Shown here in pieces: positions 57,651 through 64,000 of a DNA stretch of 64,000 bases. The DNA comes from Candidatus Hydrogenedentota bacterium (GTDB taxonomy: Bacteria; Hydrogenedentota; Hydrogenedentia; Hydrogenedentales; SLHB01). Each line of letters opens with the position of its first letter. Within the stretch, counting starts at the first letter, position 1. The position numbers were made by a program, and so were the translations under genes. The stretch spans positions 1,344,001 through 1,408,000 of the forward strand of contig CAXXYE010000009.1 in assembly GCA_963674865.2 (NCBI GenBank), given 5' to 3'. The notes under the pieces were generated by a model. It was not told the DNA's origin. It saw only the letters and a list, made by a program, of their open reading frames with translations, and ran no database searches.

Positions 57651-57659
57651 ACTTGCGTC

Positions 57660-59162
57660 ATGAGTCTGCTGGGAATCGACGTCGGGACAACCGGCTGCAA
57701 GGCCGCAGCCTTCTCCAAAGCAGGGGAACTGCTCGCTTCGGCCTACCGTGAGTACGATATCCGGCGTCCCCAGTCCGGCTGGGCGGAACTCGATCCAGAG
57801 GAGGTTTGGCAAGCCGTCCGTGAGGTTATCGCCGAGGCCGCGGCGCGGACGCAAGGCGATCCGGTTACGGCGCTGGCCGTAGCGTCGCTTGGCGAGGCCG
57901 TGGTGCCCGTGGGCCGGGATGGCGAGATCTTGGGGCCATCCATTCTGAATTTCGACGAGCGGGGCGCCGAGTACATCGAGCCGCTTTCCGGGAAGCTGCC
58001 TGATGAGCACCTATATCGCGTCAACGGCAACACCCTCGGCAATCATTACGGCCTCACCAAGTTGATGTGGCTTCGCGATCACGCGTCGCGTGTGTACGAG
58101 AACGCCGATAAGTGCCTGCTGTGGGGGGCGTTTGTCTCCGTGATGCTTGGAGCGGAGCCCGTCGTTGACTACTCGCTGGCTAACCGCACGCTGCTCTTCG
58201 ACGTGGATCAGGCGGCGTGGTCCGATGAGCTAATCGACTGGGCAGGCCTGGATGAGTCCAAGCTGCCTGACACGGCTCCATCCGGCGCGGTTATTGGGGA
58301 AGTTCGGGCAGCATTGGCCGCGGAGCTTGGCCTTCCACCGGGCGTCGCCATCGCGACAGGCGCCCATGATCAATGCGCCAATGCGGTAGGCTGCGGGGTG
58401 CTGGCCGAGGGCGACGCCATGTTCGGGATGGGGACGTACTTCTGCATCCTGCCCGTGTTTTCGGAGCGCCGAGCTCCTTCCGTGATGATGGCCCACGGCT
58501 TGAATACGGAGCATCACGCCGCGCCGGATCGATTCGCCTGCTTCATCTACAACCACGGCGGCAGCCTGCTGAAATGGCACCGGGACACGTTCGCGGCCGC
58601 CGACTGCGAGGTCGCCCGGCAATCAGGCCGCGACCTCTACGCCGATCTCATTGCCGAAGCGCCCGAAGGGCCGAGCAGCGTGATGGTCTTGCCCCATTTC
58701 TCGACGACGGGGCCGCCTGAGTTCATCGCCGACTCGAGCGGCGTCATGGCCGGGCTGCGATTAGAGACTACTCGCGGGGACGTGCTGAAAGGCATCTTCG
58801 AGGGCACACTCTTCTACCTGCGTGAGTGTCTCGAAGCTTTGCCGGAAGCAGGCATCGCGATCGAGCATTTCCGGGCGGTAGGCGGGGGCAGCAAGTCGGA
58901 TACCTGGCTTCAAGTCTGTGCCGATATCCTCGGCCGTCCCCTGACACGGGTGAAGGTGGCGGAGGCCGGGGCATTGGGCGCGGCCATCCTCGCCGGCGCC
59001 GCGACGGGCGTCTTCCAGTCGGTGGAGGAGGGGGCTGACGTCATGGTAGGAACCGAACGGATATTTGAGCCTGATTCGGCCAGCCAGACGCAGTACGATG
59101 TTCGATTCGGCAAGTACCGTAACCTCTGGCCGCTGATGAAGAAATACTTGCGGGAATTGTGA
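57660..59162 (+). CDS. FGGY-family carbohydrate kinase (xylulokinase-like)
   Basis: LGIDVGTTGCKA, GAHDQ, GGGSKSD.WLQ..ADILG, EAGALGAAILA. Confidence 0.92.
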   Translation: MSLLGIDVGTTGCKAAAFSKAGELLASAYREYDIRRPQSGWAELDPEEVWQAVREVIAEAAARTQGDPVTALAVASLGEAVVPVGRDGEILGPSILNFDERGAEYIEPLSGKLPDEHLYRVNGNTLGNHYGLTKLMWLRDHASRVYENADKCLLWGAFVSVMLGAEPVVDYSLANRTLLFDVDQAAWSDELIDWAGLDESKLPDTAPSGAVIGEVRAALAAELGLPPGVAIATGAHDQCANAVGCGVLAEGDAMFGMGTYFCILPVFSERRAPSVMMAHGLNTEHHAAPDRFACFIYNHGGSLLKWHRDTFAAADCEVARQSGRDLYADLIAEAPEGPSSVMVLPHFSTTGPPEFIADSSGVMAGLRLETTRGDVLKGIFEGTLFYLRECLEALPEAGIAIEHFRAVGGGSKSDTWLQVCADILGRPLTRVKVAEAGALGAAILAGAATGVFQSVEEGADVMVGTERIFEPDSASQTQYDVRFGKYRNLWPLMKKYLREL

Positions 59163-59184
59163 ACGTGAATTTCAGGAAGGGCGC

Positions 59185-60243
59185 ATGAAGGAGCCATTGA
59201 TTGTAGCAAGTCTTGTGATCGCCGTCGGATTCCTTTGCTGTGTCGCCGGGGAGGCCCGGGCAGGAGCGAAGCTGGATTGGATGAAGCGAGTGTACGCCGA
59301 CGGCCGGCACAACGCGTTCACCGATCTGGCCTATTGGCGCGGCCACTACTACCTGTGCTTCCGGCACGCCGCGTCGCACATGTCCATGGACGGTGACATC
59401 CGTGTGATGCGCAGCGCCGACATGAGAACCTGGGAGCCGTGCGGCGCGCTGAATACGCTCGGAGATGATCGCGATCCGCATTTCGCCGCCACAAACGATG
59501 CCCTTTACGTCTACTTCGGCACGTGGGACTTAGTCCACGGTGAAGGCCCCGCCCCGCCCGATCGCGGCGCGGTGCGCACTCATTGCGCGTCCACGGCCGA
59601 TGGCGAGCGGTGGTCCGAGGTGCGCGGCGTTTACAAGCCCGGTTGGTGGCTCTGGCGCGTCCGTTGGCACGACGGGGCCTTCTACAGCCCAGCGTACACA
59701 GCGGTGCGGCCCAAGCCTTCCTCGCGCGAGACAAGGCTGCTGCGCTCTGAAGATGGAATTGAATGGAGTCTGGCCAGTGTCGTCACGAAGGAGCGCATGG
59801 CGGGCGAGGCGGACGTGCGGTTTCAGCCCGATGGCTCCATGTGGCTCATCACTCGAACGGGCGACGGGGACGGCAACGCACTCTGGTTTCGCAGCGATCC
59901 AACGCGGACTACCTGGGAGAGCACCAATACGGGGGCGCTGGTTCACGCGCCCGTCATCGCCAAGTGGCGGGAGCGGTACTTCATCGCCGGGCGTGGCCGC
60001 GGCGCCGAGGGAAGTGTTACCAGAGTATGGGAACTAGTGGATGGCTGTGCTGAGGAGCAAATCACCTTGCCGAGCGGAGGGGATACGTCCTATCCCGGCC
60101 TGGTTGCGGATCCGGCATCGCTCAGCGGCAATGAACCGACTCTATTCATCAGTTGGTATTCGCAGCACGAGCGCGACGACATTCCCAACGGCGGCCAAGA
60201 CACGTCGAGCGTCTACGTGGGCCGAATCATCGTCTCGCCGTAG
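59185..60243 (+). CDS. Secreted BNR/Asp-box (sialidase-like) beta-propeller protein
   Basis: Signal peptide; HNAFTDL; Asp-box-like SADMRTW and SEDGIEW; GDTSYPG. Confidence 0.75.
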   Translation: MKEPLIVASLVIAVGFLCCVAGEARAGAKLDWMKRVYADGRHNAFTDLAYWRGHYYLCFRHAASHMSMDGDIRVMRSADMRTWEPCGALNTLGDDRDPHFAATNDALYVYFGTWDLVHGEGPAPPDRGAVRTHCASTADGERWSEVRGVYKPGWWLWRVRWHDGAFYSPAYTAVRPKPSSRETRLLRSEDGIEWSLASVVTKERMAGEADVRFQPDGSMWLITRTGDGDGNALWFRSDPTRTTWESTNTGALVHAPVIAKWRERYFIAGRGRGAEGSVTRVWELVDGCAEEQITLPSGGDTSYPGLVADPASLSGNEPTLFISWYSQHERDDIPNGGQDTSSVYVGRIIVSP

Positions 60244-60321
60244 GCCCTGCCGGAATTGGGCGCCGCCAGCGCCATCCGATATACTCAACGAGGTTGTTGT
60301 GCAGCGACAGGGACTCGAACC

Positions 60322-61300
60322 ATGACGTCATCCCAGGCCGACGCCATCGCACTCAGGTTTGAACTCGGCAGAGTCGTGCGGTGGGAGCGGCTGGGCGGCA
60401 CGCGGAACTGCAACTTCCTGCTGCATACGTCGACGGGGCCGTGGTTTGTGCGGCGCCGCCATCCCGCCTATTGCGGTGATGGCTGGATCCGGTTCGATCA
60501 CGAGTTAGCGCGTTACCTAAGCGAACGCGGTGTCGCGGTTGAGCCGCCGCGGGCTTCGGATCGAGGCGACGCCGTGCTGCGCGACGGCAATGATATCTGG
60601 CAAGTCCACGCATTCGTCACCGGCGAGCAACTGCGGGAGGGTGCATCCGGAAGATCTGCAAGCGTTGGCCGAGGGACTCGCTCAGTTCCACCGCGCGGCG
60701 CAAGGATTCAACAGGCACGCCAGGAAACTGGGGCCGCGCGGCGAAACCGACCCGGTGGAACTGCGTGCCCAGTGCCACGAACTCGAAGCCGGATCGCCCG
60801 AGTGCGCGCAAGCACTCAAGCCCTTACGTGAATGGCTCGCGGCGGCGGAGATCACTTTTCCCGAACGCGTGTTCACGGCGCTGCCGGCCACGGTGGTGCA
60901 CGGCGACGTGCAGCCTGCCAACGTGTTGGTGCGCGGCGGGCGCGTGGCGGCTTTCGTGGACTTGGATTGGTGCGCGTGGCGGCCGCGCATCTATGACTTG
61001 GCCTTCGCCATCCTGTTCTGCTGCGCCACCCACGAGACGCCTATCCAAGGCGGGGATGTTTGGTCGTTGACGCAGCCGCCCCGTGTCGACGCCGATGTTG
61101 TCCGGAGCTTCGTTGGGGCATATGAGCGGCACACGCAGCCATTGATCCCACAGGAACGGGAAGTCCTGCCGTCCCAGCTCGTGCTAAGCTGGTGTCATTG
61201 CCGCATTGGCGGTGCGTTCAAGGTGTCTGCGGGCGAGCGGACGGCGTTCCTGTCGCGTGCTCCCCATACGCTCGACGAGTTGCTTCCGGGGAGGGTGTAG
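60322..61300 (+). pseudogene. APH / homoserine kinase type II-like phosphotransferase with a one-base frameshift
   Basis: The N-lobe (GGTRNCNF..., VRRR) is in one frame; LAQFH, HGDVQPAN, VDLDW and RIYDLA are in the next frame after an extra base at ~60640-60643. Could be an assembly error. Confidence 0.78.
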
Positions 61301-61305
61301 CCGGT

Positions 61306-62292
61306 TTGGTTTTTCCGCTGTGGTACTTGGTCGGCCTAGTGTTCTTCTGGGCGTTGGTGCCGGCCGGTGTCTTGGTGGGCGTGGACGCTCTACGGAAGAA
61401 GCGCCGGCGGTTGACTCTTCGCCACCAGCAATGGTTCTGGGCGTATGCATTTCTCGCAGCCTCATTGGCGTGGTCCAGCTTGTTCCTGTTCGTGCCGTTG
61501 GCGCAGGCCGTCGTGCAAAGTTTCACCAACCTGAGCCTGTCGAGTGCCGCCGCCACCACCTGGGTCGGCCTCCGCAATTACACCAACACCCTCAAGGACC
61601 CCTTCTGGTGGCACGCGCTGTTCGTCACCTTTGTGTACGTCGTGTTCACCGTGCCTGCGGGGATTCTCATGAGCATGTTCTTGGCGGTGCAGATCCTCAA
61701 GCAGCCCAAGCCGCTGCAAACCTTCTTCAAGGCCGCGCTGTACGTGCCCGGCGTGGTCAGTCCCGTCGTGGGCGCGGCCGTTATGAAATGGGTATTCCAC
61801 AGCGGAGACGGATTCGCCAACGCATTGCTGCGGAGCGTGGGGTTGCCGCCGCAGAACTGGTTTGCGGATCCGGCGCTCGCGATGCCGGTGCTCATCGCCA
61901 TGGTGTGGTTATCGGCGAATGGCGTTGGGGTGATCGTCTACGCCGCGGCCATCGGGAACATCCCGAAGACGTACTACGAAGTAGCCAAGATTGACGGCGC
62001 GTCGCCGTGGCGCGTGTTCTTCTCGGTGACATGGCCGCTGGTGAAGCCGACGACGATTTTCGTAACGATCACGGGACTCATCGCGGGATTCCAGGTGTTC
62101 GCGCCCGCCCTCCTCATCACAGGCGGCGGGCCACTGAAGACGACGTATTTCGTCAACTACCATATCTACCGGACGTTCTACTACGAGAATGATTTCGGCA
62201 TGGCGTCCACGATGGCGGTGCTGCTGATGGCGGTTGTCGTGGCGGTGTCCGTCGTGAACTACCGGTGGCTGGCCACGGACGTCGAGTACTGA
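61306..62292 (+). CDS. Carbohydrate ABC transporter permease (CUT1, MalF-like)
   Basis: WVGLRNY; EAA-like loop YYEVAKIDGASPWRVFFSVTWP; FGMAS. TTG start inferred. Confidence 0.88.
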   Translation: MVFPLWYLVGLVFFWALVPAGVLVGVDALRKKRRRLTLRHQQWFWAYAFLAASLAWSSLFLFVPLAQAVVQSFTNLSLSSAAATTWVGLRNYTNTLKDPFWWHALFVTFVYVVFTVPAGILMSMFLAVQILKQPKPLQTFFKAALYVPGVVSPVVGAAVMKWVFHSGDGFANALLRSVGLPPQNWFADPALAMPVLIAMVWLSANGVGVIVYAAAIGNIPKTYYEVAKIDGASPWRVFFSVTWPLVKPTTIFVTITGLIAGFQVFAPALLITGGGPLKTTYFVNYHIYRTFYYENDFGMASTMAVLLMAVVVAVSVVNYRWLATDVEY

Positions 62293-62323
62293 TGGCCGGC
62301 ACACCGCGAGAGGCAAAGAGTCG

Positions 62324-63187
62324 ATGACGCGCGTAGGACAACGGGGCACTCTTGTCGGGCGGGCGGGGGCCTTTGTCATCCTGTTGTTCTTCACGACGGT
62401 CTCCCTTGCGTCCCTCTATTTGATGGTGACGAGCAGCCTCACCCATTTGGGCACATCCTTCGAGCTATCCGACCTGGACTGGTATCCGAAGGATTGGGCT
62501 TGGGATAATTTCTCCGGATTCTTCGCGCTCACGCGTGGCGCCGGCTTCATCTGGTTTCGCAATAGCCTAATCGTCGCAGTGGTCCCTACCGTGTTCAACC
62601 TCTTCTTCTCCGCCATGGCGGGATACGCCCTTGCGAAGATCGACTTTCCGGGGCGGCTCGCTATCTTCTGGCTCATCATCGCCGTCATGGCCGTACCTGC
62701 ATTCGTAACGCTCATCCCCCTGTACCAGATGATGTTCCGCTTCGCCTGGTTCGACACCTTCTTCGCGCTGCTCATTCCTCGCATGGCCGGCTTGGGGGCG
62801 GTTTTCCTCTTCAAGCAGTTCATGACGACTCTACCGAAGGACTTGATGGAGGCAGCCCGCGTGGACGGCGCCTCTGAGTGGTCCATCTTCCGGCGGATCG
62901 TGCTGCCCATGGCCCGGCCCGTCCTTGCGGTGATGTTCCTGCTCGATTTTGTCGCCGCGTGGAACGACTATTTCTGGCCGTACCTCGTCACCAACTCAAA
63001 GGACCTCATGACGATGCAGGTGGGACTGATCTCGCTCATGGGAGTGGATCAGGGATTTGTGCTGCAATTGGACTACGGCGTGGTGATGGCCGGCGCCGTG
63101 CTGGCGAGCCTGCCGGTTATCGCCCTGTTCATAGCGCTGCAACGCCATTTCGTGCGCGGCCTAACCATCGGGGCCGTCAAGGGGTGA
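62324..63187 (+). CDS. Carbohydrate ABC transporter permease (CUT1, MalG-like)
   Basis: MAGYALAK..FPGR, EAARVDGASE, WNDYFWP, QRHFVRGL..GAVKG. Confidence 0.93.
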   Translation: MTRVGQRGTLVGRAGAFVILLFFTTVSLASLYLMVTSSLTHLGTSFELSDLDWYPKDWAWDNFSGFFALTRGAGFIWFRNSLIVAVVPTVFNLFFSAMAGYALAKIDFPGRLAIFWLIIAVMAVPAFVTLIPLYQMMFRFAWFDTFFALLIPRMAGLGAVFLFKQFMTTLPKDLMEAARVDGASEWSIFRRIVLPMARPVLAVMFLLDFVAAWNDYFWPYLVTNSKDLMTMQVGLISLMGVDQGFVLQLDYGVVMAGAVLASLPVIALFIALQRHFVRGLTIGAVKG

Positions 63188-63191
63188 GCTG

Positions 63192-64000
63192 ATGAAGAGT
63201 CTGCTGGTTGTCATTCTGGTGCTTGCACTTGCCCTGAGCTGGCTTGGCTTCTGGACGGTGCTGTCGAGCCCGCCACGAGTAGCGGCGCCGGGCGCTGAAT
63301 CGGCCGGGACGGCCAGGAGGCCGGCTCATGGGGACACGGTCACCGTGTGGGTCAACGAGCTCATCGGCTCACCCGACGAAGCCTTCTACTACGAATTGGC
63401 CGACCTCTGGAACGCCACACATGAGCGTGTCGCCGTGAAGATGGCCGTTATGAGCCATGCCGGTTACCTCAGTAAGCTCCGCGTAGCCATCGCCTCGGGC
63501 CAGCCGCCGGATGTCTGCCTGGCCGGGCTCGAAACGCTTGAAAGCCTCAAGTACACCGGCAAGGCGAGCGACCTTGCGGTCACTATTTCCGAGGAGTACT
63601 TCCCGGACGAGCGACTCGGCCGCATGGGGCCGGTGGTGAAACGCACTATCGTGCGCGATGGGCGGCCTACGGTGTTTCCCATGTATCGCTACTGCTACGG
63701 GGGCGTCATCCTCGCCAATCGGGCGATGCTCGCCAAAGCCGGCTACGATGATGCCCGTATCCGGGAGGAAGGCTGGACCTTTGAGCAGTTTCGCGACGCC
63801 TGCCGGAGAATGACGCGCGATCTGGACGGTGACGGCGCGCCGGACACGTGGGGATTCGGGGCGGCGTTGGTTCACCTGCGGCACCTGTTTCTCAACGAAT
63901 TCGGGCCGGGCGTCTGGGGGCGTGAGGTCAGCCGCCACATGTTCCTGTATCAGGACACCGAAACCGGTCGGTGGGGCCTGCATCCGGACTTGACGGAGGA
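63192..64000 (+). CDS. Carbohydrate ABC transporter solute-binding protein, 3' truncated
   Basis: Not in the ORF track because it runs off the edge. Manual translation: MKSLLVVILVLALAL...TVTVW...YLSKLRVAIASGQPPDV...WTFEQF....D.DGDG..D.WGF. Confidence 0.85.
   Translation, partial: MKSLLVVILVLALALSWLGFWTVLSSPPRVAAPGAESAGTARRPAHGDTVTVWVNELIGSPDEAFYYELADLWNATHERVAVKMAVMSHAGYLSKLRVAIASGQPPDVCLAGLETLESLKYTGKASDLAVTISEEYFPDERLGRMGPVVKRTIVRDGRPTVFPMYRYCYGGVILANRAMLAKAGYDDARIREEGWTFEQFRDACRRMTRDLDGDGAPDTWGFGAALVHLRHLFLNEFGPGVWGREVSRHMFLYQDTETGRWGLHPDLTE

Noticed and set aside
60630..60650. Programmed ribosomal frameshifting at the two split genes
   Set aside because: No slippery heptamer or homopolymer tract; mutation or assembly error is simpler.
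1..64000. tRNA/rRNA genes, prophage, IS elements
   Set aside because: No cloverleaf or T-loop signatures seen in intergenic gaps, and no integrase, transposase or phage structural ORFs.

Overview
A 64 kb stretch of GC-rich bacterial chromosome from a diderm (outer-membrane) organism. The protein style suggests Ca. Hydrogenedentota or a similar lineage, but this is inference only. It holds about 50 protein-coding genes; I saw no rRNA, tRNA, CRISPR array, transposase or integrase. Main blocks, in order: (1) A truncated PilR/NtrC-like sigma54 activator, a PIG-L deacetylase and a LolA-like protein. (2) The most interesting locus, 2886-12982: a DUF2892 protein and a Cys-rich-PAS sigma54 activator, then a perfect palindrome, an IHF-like site and a -24/-12 promoter. 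These precede an operon of thioredoxin, CoA-disulfide/persulfide reductase-rhodanese, FmdB zinc ribbon, DUF302, MMPL/RND transporter, LolA-like periplasmic protein and outer-membrane barrel. The RND and the barrel share a PALPxGLG repeat. This is a candidate trans-envelope sulfane-sulfur handling system. (3) Two sugar catabolism/ABC clusters, each with an L-fucose/L-arabinose-isomerase-like paralog; one is split by a ~1700-aa surface protein with a GC-motif C-terminal anchor. (4) pflX-like, yebC, ruvC. (5) A menaquinone operon, menG-F-D-[DUF5107]-B-A-C-E, with no menH. (6) GT9, DegT and a carboxypeptidase-regulatory-repeat protein. (7) A frameshifted ppm1-like gene followed by a tandem pair of dynamin-like GTPases and a small membrane protein. 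(8) leuS and a PilZ protein. Also present are REP-like palindromes and two single-base frameshifts.
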